Assembly: GCA_028534125.1 (NCBI GenBank)
Contig: CM052822.1
Coordinates: 25,792,001-25,856,000 of the forward strand
Direction of reading: 5' to 3'
DNA length: 64,000 bases
Source: Lama glama
Lineage: Eukaryota
Positions 53,223-63,624 of the stretch are shown piece by piece; the stretch's first letter is position 1; each line of letters starts with the position of its first letter. The notes under the pieces were generated by a model. It worked only from the letters and a program-made list of their open reading frames with translations. It was not told the origin of the DNA and made no database searches. The position numbers and the translations under genes were made by a program.

Positions 53223-54133
53223 TTTTTCCACTGGCCACTGTTTATTCACTAATACCATTAAGTTGAACATAGAACTACCTTCTCTGAGACAGGTAGACTG
53301 CTGGGCTCCTCTGCATCTCTTGGCTGCTTTACAGAATCACATCCACACATCCTATTTTGAGAACATGAAGCTGAACATCAGGCATGTGCTGGTGCTGAGT
53401 CCGCTGAGGGCCTGTGGAGAGGGGCCCACCATGCAGATTTTGAGTCATACCAGCAAAAACACTGAGCACTGGCTCCACATGAGAATCTGTCTGAGAGACC
53501 TGTGGAGAAAATACAACACCTGGAAGGCTGATATACTGAGAGCTTTTCAGCTGACTCTTTAAAGCTTCAGACATGAGTTTATGCTCATTTCCAGGATGTA
53601 CAAGTGTATCACTGGTAGCGTTATCTACACGTTTCCTCTCCACTGTGCCAGAATGAAGAACCATAGGCTGTTGGAGCACAGTTTCCATTCTCTGTGATTT
53701 TTCAGTAGTTGCTTGAAGAGAACATGGGTTCAACTGTGGAATACTGGTCTGTATTACTGAAGGCTGCCCAAGCTGCTGAAATACTTGCTGAATTGGATGC
53801 TGAAGAATATTTGCTCTTCCAGAAGTCTGTGTCACCATAATTGGTACATTGACTTTATAAAGGTGACCGGATGCAGTCTGTAGTGTCACACCTGCTGGTA
53901 CATGAATAGGATAACCAGGTAAAGCAAAGTTTGCACTGGAGTTTGAGGTGCCCAGTTCTGCTGTGGTAAAACTGGGAAGAGTTCTACCAGCAGGAATAAC
54001 TACCGATGCTGTTGATGATTGCAATGTTTGGTGCAAGCTGTGTGGCAACTGAAAGGTGACCAGAGGTGAATGGACGCTATTTCTGAAGAAGTCTTCTGTG
54101 GCTTTAGATTGCAAAAGGATAGAAGTTCCAGTT
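53223..54133 (-). pseudogene. GTF2A1L: Processed, 5'-truncated retrocopy of GTF2A1L (ALF, TFIIA alpha/beta-like factor), covering about residues 48-326 of the parent plus ~50 nt of apparent intron, AATAAA and poly(A)
   Basis: ORF 54114-53329 (LQSKATEDFFRNS...GTSNSSANF...PGYPIHVPAGVTLQTASGHLYKVNVPIMV...YISLPGVVFSPQVSQT...QLHVLK) matches the mammalian GTF2A1L protein as I recall it, continuously across what are several parental exons. After a 1-nt frameshift at 53355-53358 the parental frame continues RMCGCDSVKQPRDAEEPSSLPVSEK. There is no ATG or N-terminal region I. A-tail at 53221-53227. Degenerate 15-bp TSD at 53208-53222 and 54134-54148. Confidence 0.95.
53241..53246 (-). terminator. Polyadenylation signal AATAAA captured in the GTF2A1L retrocopy
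   Basis: TTTATT on the + strand, with 13 nt between it and the start of the A-run at 53227 on the minus strand; it lies just after the TAA at 53260-53258. Confidence 0.75.
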
Positions 54134-54220
54134 ATACTGATCTATATTCTGTGCTATACAGAAGAAACTTGTTTATTTTACGTATAGTAGTTAGAAACGT
54201 TTTTAATGATCGCTTTTTTT

Positions 54221-54340
54221 GGCAGTGGCAGGGAGAGAGGCAATTAGATTTATTTATTTTTAGAGGAGATACTGGGAATAGAACCCAGGACCTCATGCAT
54301 GCAAAGCATGCACTCTACCAGTTGAGCTATACCCTTCCCC
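54221..54340 (-). mobile_element. tRNA-Ala-derived SINE, Vic-1 type (camelid)
   Basis: Minus strand reads GGGGAAGGGTATAGCTCAACTGGTAGAGTGCATGCTTTGCATGCATGAGGTCCTGGGTTCTATTCCCAGTATCTCC, with an A box, a TGC anticodon-like loop, a B box and an A-rich tail. TSD taatgat(c/t)gcttttttt at 54204-54220 and 54341-54357 (16/17). Confidence 0.9.
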
Positions 54341-54884
54341 TAATGATTGCTTTTTTTAAGTTGACCAAAATGGCTAAGGTGGTACTGAACACATTCTGTA
54401 CTTTCCTAAACTTTTCTCTAGTAGGACTGAAAACATGCTGCTCCTCCTAATTGCCCTATGAAGTTCTAACAATGCTTTAAGATTCAGATTGAATCTCATC
54501 TCCTCCAAGAACACTTTCCATATCTCTCCAGCCAAAATTAATATTCTCGCTTAACCCTATAACATTTTGTGTTTCCATTATTATCATTTCCAAAGTCTGC
54601 CTTGAAGTAGAATTTTGTGTCTGTCCTGTAAGCTTCTGGAGAGTCAGCACTTCAGCTTGTAAAAGTTACATTTCCCTCATATCTAGAATAGTGTCTTGAA
54701 ATAGCAGGTAGTCAAAATACTTTTGTTGCTGATGATTTTGAAAGTTCTCTAATAACTAGTGAACCTTGTGTTTTTCTGGTTCTGGGTTGAAAAAAAGAAT
54801 AAAACGGCTTTTTCTCCCTCCAATCCCTTCCATTGTTCTTTATTATGCTTGAGGACAAGTTGTGCTTTAAAGGTGACTTCCAGG

Positions 54885-55220
54885 CTTACAAACATTTATT
54901 CACCAGGCACTAATTGTCACCTTTCAGTGTTCTAGGAACTGGGTATATAATGATGAGAGAGGTAGACTGTATTGCTTTTCTTTAGGACTTTAGAATCTAA
55001 TGGAGAAGACAGATAATCATAAGTAAGTTGCCCCCTAAATATATAATTATAAATGTGCTATGAAGGAAACAAAGGAGATGCTAGGATGGAGTGACTGAAG
55101 AAGTGATATTGATGAGTGGGAAGGAGAGAGCCTGGGATGAGCAGAATGAAGAGTGTTCTTAGCAGATGGGACATCATATGTGAGAATCCCAAGGTAGAAA
55201 AGAGCTTGAAGAGCTGAGTC
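54885..55220 (-). mobile_element. L2 LINE 3' fragment
   Basis: caaacatttattcaccaggcac...gttctaggaactgggtatataatgatga...gactttagaatctaatggagaagacagata...gaagaagtgatatt. Confidence 0.7.
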
Positions 55221-55381
55221 TCACTCAAGTGTTACGGAACAAATGATACAGTAATGATTCCTTTCTGGCAGTCAGGTCTCCATCATGCATGCATGACAGT
55301 CTCTATATGTGTTTGCATGGTTATAGGTTAGACCATGCCAGCATTTGCATTTTTAAAGGAACCTTAGTGGCCAGTTACTTT

Positions 55382-55468
55382 ACACGTTGATCGCCATGGT
55401 GGCGCCCAATCTGGGTGACAGTTGTGTTTCCTCAGGGGCACCCGATCCACAGTGGGTGATCAACGTGT
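55382..55468. repeat. Short element bounded by inverted repeats (hairpin; possible ancient MITE)
   Basis: acacgttgatcgcc (55382-55395) versus ggtgatcaacgtgt (55455-55468): 13/14 complementary, and the mismatch is a G-T pair at a CpG. Confidence 0.7.
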
Positions 55469-55807
55469 GATGGGTAAGTCATGCCTTTTGTAGCCTTGTC
55501 TACCTTTGGTTATCAACTAATGACTTAGTGATCAAACTGTGCAGTACTTTGTGCGTTCTGGATTTTAAAAGATTTTTATTATGCATTGTGTCAACTCTGC
55601 TACTGTGTCAGTGGGAATTGACTATGTAGTTTTTATATAATATCTCTTCAAATAAATCTTTCCTATAAATAAAATGTTGTTTTTGAAGTTGTACATTTGG
55701 TTCAAATTATAGATTCTTACAAAAACACTCATAACATTTACTGTTTATTAACACATAATCTGCTTATATATGATTTCATCCGTATTATTTCTTTCAGTTC
55801 TCTACAA

Positions 55808-56129
55808 CAAGGGTCTTGGCAAATTTTTCTGTAAAGGGCCAGACAGAAAATAGTTCAGGCTTTGCCGGACACATGGCCTCTGTTGCAGCTATTCAACTTC
55901 GCTGTTTTAACAAAAAGCAGCTATGTACAATATGTAAATAAATGGACGTGGCTGTATTGGGTGATAAAACTTGATTTCTGCACACTTAAATTTGAATTTT
56001 ATATAATTGTAAAATATTCTTTAAAAAATTGATCTCACTTTTTGAAAAAAACTACTGTTAGCTCACAGCTCGTACAAAAACAGGCTCTGCTTAGGATTTG
56101 GCCCATGGGCTGTCACTTGCCTATTCCTG
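55808..56129. mobile_element. MER58B hAT-Charlie MITE inserted in a MIR
   Basis: ggcaaatttttctgtaaagggccagacag...ggcctctgttgcagctattcaact...aaagcagc...taaatggacgtggctgt...gtacaaaaacaggc...gatttggcccatgggctg. Confidence 0.9.
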
Positions 56130-59100
56130 TCCTCCTGATTTTTCCCATTTAACCGACAAGGAAGCTGAGGTCAGTGAGAAGTAATTTATAGCCTGAATTA
56201 AATCCCAGGTCTGGAAGATTCCAAGTTCTATGTTTTCAACCCAAATGCCTCATAGCACTAACAATTCTGTTGGATTCATGGAATGATTTCCTAATTGTTT
56301 CTGGTGTATAAATCTTATTCCTCAACCAGATTTCATGTTTCTCAGAGGAAGACACTCTTTCTTCTGTTTGTCTTATTTCCCTCGAAAGCAATCATGGGCT
56401 TGCAGCAGGCATTCAAAAGTGTCTTAACTCTCCTACAAAGAGTTTATCTGAAAGTGACTTCAAACTGTAGGATTTGGGGGAATACATAGCAATCGTATTT
56501 CTATTGCCAACATAGTTTAGCCCCATAAAATGTAGCCCTGAAGACTGATTACGAAATATGATTAAATTTCTAGGTGCAACTCTCATGTCACATTTGTAGA
56601 ATTAGTGTCATTTCATCTGTTTTCACATGCAAATCTTATAAAACACAAAAAAAGTTGATTTCTCTTCCTTTGTAGAATAAATTGCCCTTTAGTCCCCTAA
56701 ACCATGGGAGATTTCTTTAATTTCTTGTTCTGAAATTGTGCCTGTGGAGTCAATTAAAGGTGAATGTAAGAGGCTTTGAAACCTAAAAAATGAGTAAATA
56801 AATGGACAATTCTTGAAAGGATTTGTAATCATTAAATAATATGTAGGTAGACAGTCTTACTGTCTTGCTGTCTCTCTGTCTTTCTCTTCATCTCTCTCCT
56901 TAGTTACCTTAAAATTAAAATTCAGTTGTAACAAGGTTGTCACAGGAATGTATTAACATCTAGAATATAGCTGATTATTTTAAAAGCGAGAACTGACTTT
57001 TTTTCTTTTTGTCACTTTTTATTGAGTTACATCTTGAGATGTTCACTTTATTTTTTAAGGTTACACAGACATTTTCTATAAATCAAAAGACCTCAAATAT
57101 GTAGTACTGAGGTGTTGGTAAAAAGTATATTTAAATAGATATACAATATGTCACATGGCAGAATAAATATCTTTTACAAAGATTTCAGCTTATGATAAAA
57201 TTTTAAGATGCCAACTTAAAAATGTGTGAGTGGATACAGTGTTTCAAAATTCTTTTGGAGAGTACTACAGCAACAAATTTTGAAGTCCACTTGTTTAGAG
57301 AATTTCTTTTAAAAGGGTTCCTCTGAGAATGGACTTTTTTAAGATCCCTAATGATTATCTGCCATTAGAGGCATCTGTTTTACTGACCCACCCGCTCCAC
57401 CCCCACATTTGCTTGAATGGTAAATGTGAGTAAAAGAGGGTAAAGATGGAATGACATGCACACAAGCTACAGTCGTTTCAAAGTAAGTCTGTTCACTTTC
57501 TAGTATTTGCAGGAAATGGAAATGTGTTTCGATGGTTGCTTTGGATAGGGACATGAAAGGGCTGTTTTGAAGTTTCACGTATTTCAGACATGCAGAAGTA
57601 TTTATTGTTGAAAACGATAAACAGCTGGAGAAGATAACTGCCTTGAACAGCTGGAGAAGGGAGTTCACGTTACCCTGTTTAGAAGTCTGGAAACAGAAAG
57701 CATATTTTCTCATCTACGGTGTACCTCAGCAGCCCAGATGCATACATAGCCTATGTGCCTATAAAGCAGCCATTCAAGCCAAAAATACGTTCCTCTTTGC
57801 TTGTTTGTGGGACAGGCTGTGAAAAAAATTAAATTAAGTGAGTATGTTCTGATGTCAACAGCTGATTTCCACAAAAATGACAGCAAAGACTGCAGGGAAG
57901 AGAAATGAAGTTTCTTTGGCCTCAGTGGCATCTTCTTCAGGGAGACTTGGTAGCAAATTATATTTCTTTGGAAGTTGACTGAACTTTATTGTAGTCCAGT
58001 GAAGGAAGATTGTACTCAATGGAGCCCTCGTGTCTCCAAAGAATCAATGCTGCTTCTAACTGGCACTTTCAAATTTAAACAAATTATTGTCTTGTGGAGG
58101 CACAGCCTTCATTAGGTTTTCATGGGGAATAAACTTCCTGAATTTGCTGCTGGCTGAGTATGTATTTCCATTAATTAGCAAGGCAGGAAGCAAAGAAGCC
58201 AAAAGATGAGCTAGCCTAGGTAAGACTCAAGAGTTCAAGAACCTGACTAAAAGCCACCTAGGTTGACAAAAACAAACGTTTAACTTATACACCAGTAAGT
58301 AGAATTTCAAGGTCACTCTGGTGGATTATTGGGCCTCAATTTTCTAATTACAACACCATCGTGATCTTCTTGGAAACACACTTTTATCTGTAGTGATAGT
58401 AAGTTTTTTTGTGGTATAAACAAGAAGTGTAACTAAATAATAAATAAATAAGCATTTGATTTTAAGAATTTAGCCTTTTCTCATTTTGAGAAACTTGAGT
58501 ATAATAAGAAATAAAGACAATAAATACAGATTTAAAGAATGCATGGGAGACACTACTCTGGGAGAGATCTCTGGTGTCATATTTAATGCTACAAGTAATA
58601 ATAAATCCTTCCTTCTCCCCCTGCCAAAAAGAATGTGTGAACTGAATTTTAGAACATTTAAAATGTGATTGTATTTACAAATAATAATTTATTTTTGACT
58701 TGATAAAAAAATGGGTATAAAAATCATGTTTACCAAAATTTAAAAAGCTGAAAATGACAACCATTTGGAAATAATTTGGTGATATTGCCTAAAATTTTAA
58801 AAATATATGTCTATGGGGATATCATAGTTTAATCTATATTGTGGAAATCTTAATATTAAACACTGTAAGTTATAAATTGGTAATTGAGTACATGATAAGG
58901 ACAATCTGCTAGGTGTTTGCTTGGAAAGTGTTTAGTAAAATTCAGTTTCTAATGCTGGAACTTACCACATTTTTTGAAGGTATAACTTACCTCTGCAGAT
59001 TCTAGAGTGTATTTAGTTGAGCTTAGTATTTTTGTTGTTTGTATTTTTGAGGAAGGTGCTGTTTTTTTTTTAATTTTAAATTTCATGTCCTAATGAAAAG

Positions 59101-59244
59101 AGCATTGAAAAAAGACTACCAGTCACCACTTTTAATGGGTCATGTAACCATTTGTGCTTCAGTTTTACAAAGTACTGTCTATTCTTAAAAGGTTAGTTAT
59201 TGAGTACAGAAAAGTAATAGATTGGTTTTTTTCTTGAGCTTAGT

Positions 59245-59765
59245 TTCTTTTATTTAAAATTTTTTTTAAAAATTGTGATCAGTTTACAATGTTATGTTAG
59301 TTTCTGGTGTACAGCACAATGTTTCAGTTATACAAATATATTTCTTTTCATATTCCGTTTCATTATAGGTTATTATGAGATACTGAATACAGTTCCATGT
59401 GCTATACAGGGAACAGTAAAACCTGTAACAGTAGAGCCTTATTGTTTTTCTGTTTTATATATAGTAGTTAGTATCTGCAAATCTCAAACCCCAACCTATC
59501 CCTTCCCATCCCAACTCCCCCACCTGCCTGATAACCATAAATTTGTTTCTATGTCTGTGAGTCTGTTTCTCTTTTGTAAATAAATTCAATTGTGTCTTTT
59601 TTAGATTCCGCATGTAAGTGATATCATATGGTATTTTTCTCTTTCTGGCTTATTTCACACAGAATGACAATTTTCAGTTCTATCCATGTTGTTGCAAATG
59701 ACATTATTTTATTCTTTTTTATGGGTGAGTAGTATTCCATGGTATATATATACCACAACTTCAAT
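59245..59765 (-). mobile_element. Young L1 3' UTR, 5'-truncated
   Basis: cagtttacaatgttatgttagtttctggtgtacagcac...cattataggttattatgagatactgaatacagttccatgtgctatacag...agattccgcatgtaagtgatatcatatggtattt...gagtagtattccatggtatatatataccaca. Confidence 0.9.
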
Positions 59766-60629
59766 GATACTTACGTTACTCAGATGAATTAATTTAGAAA
59801 TTAGTATTGTTTTAACATTCAAAACTTAAAAAAACAGTATATAAGTTTGACATGTCCATAGTGTGCATATCCACAGTAAAGACAAAACGTGTATGTATGT
59901 ATTCACTTAAACATTCTGGTTTTTTTTTCTAGGGATCTTGTATTATTCCTTGTATAAAATTAGGTAAGGTTAAGGACTAGTGAAATTATGTTTTTTCCAA
60001 GGTAAGCAGTAAAGCTGAGATTGGGAAGTTATTTCCTGCTGAGTAAGTAAGCTCACTAGCTCTTTCTAAGTTACTTGAAGAAGTTCTGTTCAGGACAAGA
60101 AAGACAGCTTTGATACAAAAATAAGACCCTAGGAAGGATGAATGTGTGTGAAAATCAGAGTTTGAAAAGACACAGAATAGCAGTGCTGGAAGGAGTTACA
60201 ATGAAGACATGTAGGTATTAGGGCTCTTGAAAGAATGTTTCCTGCTTAAATGGCTTATAAAACCTAGCATCCACCACTGCCAGGGTGTTTCTATTGGAAT
60301 GAACTTTACCATTATTTCTTTCCTTAAGTCAGTTTCCACAGTCCAGTTCAACTATCATATCTAGATCTTTACCACGTGTTCACTGGAACTGAAATATGTC
60401 ACTGAATTTTCAATCTGATAAATAATAGTCATTAAAAACTGACTATACTTTATAGAAACCGGATTTTCTAATTGTCACGATAGCTCTCTAAGGTATATAT
60501 ATTGTCCTGAACCTCATTTTGCAGTTGAGGACACTGAGTCACAGAGAGGTTAGGTAAAGAGTGCTGCCAGAATTTGAAACCAGGTTGCTCCAGAGCCCAT
60601 ATCTCTCATCCCTGATTTACTTGAGGAGA

Positions 60630-61280
60630 AGCACTTGAAAAGCTCACCATTTTGTGGAAGAGAACAGGAAGCATGTGCTCATAATATGCTAATGATAAAT
60701 GCAGTCAAAGAACTGTGCATAAGATGCAGGAATACTCAAAAGGGGAGGGGACCTGCTAATATTGCTTATGGGGGTTGCTTTGTGGAAGGAATTTACAAAG
60801 CCAGTGACATCTAGCCAAATAACTGAGGATAAAGAGAAGCTTTCCAAGTGGGCAGAGCTGGGGTGATCATTCATAGCTGAGGGAAGAGTATATGCAAATA
60901 TGGGAGGCCTGGCACTGCAAGAAGAGTTTGTGTAGCTACAAGTAGTTCAGTAATGATAAATGTTAAATGGGGTGGGAGGTGTGGAGAGACCAGGAGATGA
61001 GAATAGAGATTGGCAACAAATAGGAGAGGTGGGTCTTTTCAGCCAGAGTCAGGGGCTTTAGCCATTAAAGCGTCAGATTTGTTAATTAGCTGGATTGCTT
61101 AAGTGGACACATTTGTAGTGGGCAAATGGGGTGGGTGAGAGACCAGTTAGGGGACAAATATAGGAATCTAACCAAGGGCAATATCAGCTCTGTGGTGGCA
61201 AGCAGGTAGATGGTGGAGCATCTGTGTTAGAGAATAAAGAGCAAGAGCAGGTTGGGGAAGATAGTGAGTGTGGTTATACA
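60630..61280 (-). mobile_element. L2 LINE fragment(s)
   Basis: aagctcaccattttgtggaagagaacagg...gtgacatctagcc...gagggaagagtatatgcaaa...gagaccagttaggg. Confidence 0.6.
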
Positions 61281-61373
61281 ATTACTAGTTGTGTCACTTT
61301 GGTAATATTTTGTATCTCCTTTTTATCTAGAATTTCCTTCAGTATACATTTTAATATGCAAGTGTTCTAAATA

Positions 61374-62208
61374 CAGTAATCCCCCCTTTGTTTTGCTTTC
61401 CACAACTTCAGTTACTCACAGTCCGAAACTGCGATCTGAAAACATTGAGTGAAAAATTCCAGAAATAAACAATTCATAAATTTTAAGTTGTGTGCCATTC
61501 TGAGTAGCATGGTGAAATCTCAGGCCTTGCTGCTCCATCCTGTCTGGCATATGAATTATCCCTTTGCCCAGCGCATCCTACCTGTTAGTCACTTAGTAGC
61601 CCTCTAGGTTATCAGATCAACTGTCTCACTATAGCAATGCTTGTGTTCAAGTAACCCCTATTTCACTTAATAATGTCCCCAAATCATGAAAGTAGTGATG
61701 CTGGCAATTCGAATATACCAAAGAGCAGCTTAAAGTGCTTCCTTTGAGTGAAAAGGTGAAAGTTCTTGACTTAATAAGAAAAAAATTGTATGCTGAGGTT
61801 GCCAAGATCTGCAGCAAGGAAGAATCTTCTATGCTGAAATGATGAAGAAGGAAAAGGAAATTTATGCTAGTTTTGCTGTCGCACCTCAGACTGCAGACAT
61901 TATAGCCACAGTGCATGCTAAGTGCTTAGTTAAGATGGAAAAGGCATTGAATTTGTACAATGTGATATTTGAGAGAGAGGGAGAGAAACNNNNNNNNNNN
62001 NNNNNNNNNNNNNNNNNNNNNNNNNNNNNNNNNNNNNNNNNNNNNNNNNNNNNNNNNNNNNNNNNNNNNNNNNNNNNNNNNNNNNNNNNNNNNNNNNNNN
62101 NNNNNNNNNNNNNNNNNNNNNNNNNNNNNNNNNTTCAGTATTATCTGCAGATTCAGCCATCCACTGGGGATCTCAGAGTGTATTCCCCCTGGATAAGGGG
62201 GGCTACTC
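61374..62208 (+). mobile_element. Tigger2-family TcMar DNA transposon, internally deleted, with a transposase N-terminal remnant
   Basis: TA|cagtaatccccc ... ggataaggggggctactc|TA termini; degenerate transposase remnant KVLPLSEKVKVLDLIRKK...KKEKEIYASFAVAPQTA...KCLVKMEKALNL. Confidence 0.9.
61990..62133. other. Assembly gap (N run)
   Basis: Run of N. Confidence 1.
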
Positions 62209-63624
62209 TACTGACTCTGAATGATCTATTTTGTGGGGACAGATACTCAGGGGACCCAGTATTGAAAACCAAACAGCCTCTCTTTATTTGCACATTCAGA
62301 CTTCAGAGCTGTTTAAGGAAGAATGGAAACAGTCTGAGTAAATGCCTCCAGCGCTGCTCCTACAGTCAGATCCAAAATATAAACGGAGGGTCCAGGGAGG
62401 GGTGAGTAGTAGCTATAACCTTTATATTTGACACCATGCCTTCCTAGTTGAAGCTAGTCCTTCTTTAGCTGCTGTTAATGCTGATTATACAGAAAATTGC
62501 ACAACACTTCACTTTGGTTTGGCCAATTGAAATACCCTTTTAGGAAACTAGTGGCATTACCAAATTGGTCAATTCCTGGATCAATGCAACTCTGAGAGTT
62601 CTTTTGCTGCAGACAGTGATCCTATCATCTCAGTGCAGTCAATTAGCAGAGGTGATATGAAAATGTCCAGCTCTGAGATAGAAAGCAAATAGGCTTTGGA
62701 TAATTATTAAGCAGTTTTTTCATGCATTCCTTCCTTGCTGGAGTTAAAGGCATTAGGATTTGAATCCTGCCCACGCTCACTGTATAGAGCATATGTCATT
62801 CTCTCCATCTTTATTGCTATTCATATTGAGGTCAATTATGAGCTGCTGTTTAATGTCACCATGAAATTGTTCAATTATTTTCTCTCAGCATCTAAACAGC
62901 TAACCTCAAAGGGATTTAGGAGGAGTAGTGTTAATACTGAGGAATTCTTAGGAAGCCGGTAGCCGTAAATGGATCTCCTTTTGTGTTTCACCCCTTCTCA
63001 ATTATGAGATCCAAAATGCCTGATAAGTTGTTAATGAATAACTTAGTATTCAATCTCCTCTTTGGTTACTACTGGGGAAAATAGGCATGGTTCCCTTCGT
63101 TGGTGGTGGAGTTGTAATTTAAAAAGAGAAGCTGTTATCTTTGCCACTTTTTCCCCTTTCCCTCATACCTAGACTTTTCTGGAGCTCTAAGGGCTTGTGT
63201 TTGTTCCTAACCAGGGAGTTTTCCTTCTCTATTTTAATGTTGGAATGGAGGGAGTGGAAAGGTAAAAAAAATTTTTTTGCAGTGAGTCACAAGTATCTTT
63301 GTATGATGCCAGTATTTTTTTTATTTTTTTATTTTTTTTTTGCAGTTTACAAATGAAACGCCCTTGAATCTCTGTGCCTATTGTCATGATTTGCAGGAAA
63401 TGCACTGAGAAGTACTTTGAGAAAGACACAAGTATCAGTGCTTACCAAGAAATAGCTCATGCTGCAGCAGTTACTCTCTTTTTCTCTGTAGCTGAGCCTG
63501 GATCTTCTAAAGCCAGCCCAATTGCTATGCATCATTTTATGTCTGCTCTTGGCTCTGGCATTTGGTTATCTCTATAGCAATGCAAAAAACCAGCAAAGTG
63601 TTTCTTTAAGGCATTTAATTGCTT

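Larger units (their letters stand above)
53079..54195 (-). mobile_element. Young (artiodactyl/camelid-type) L1 3' end split in two (about 53079-53222 and 54134-54195) by the GTF2A1L retrocopy
   Basis: poly-T then ttattgaagtacagtcagtttacaatgttgtg...ataagatactg on the left and tattctgtgctatacagaagaaacttgtttattttacgtatagtagtt on the right; together these are colinear with the unsplit copies at 16625-16800 and 59245-59480. Confidence 0.85.

Noticed and set aside
53329-54114. Calling the 261-aa ORF the functional GTF2A1L gene or one of its genomic exons
   Set aside because: It spans several parental exon junctions without introns, lacks the ATG and N-terminus, has a frameshift, ends in AATAAA plus an A-tail, and is bounded by a TSD inside an L1.
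54113-54340. The co-oriented SINE acting as a Pol III promoter for the retrocopy
   Set aside because: The first TTTT on the minus strand downstream of the SINE is at 54116-54113, so Pol III read-through would be expected to stop at the very start of the retrocopy; there is no evidence of expression.
54265-54340. tRNA-Ala gene
   Set aside because: The acceptor stem is imperfect, the head continues into a SINE tail and A-run, and it is flanked by a TSD; it is a SINE.
61839-62405. 188-aa ORF as a domesticated transposase
   Set aside because: Its length is inflated by a 144-N gap. Only a degenerate Tigger2 N-terminal remnant is present, with a frameshift upstream, and no DDE domain is visible.
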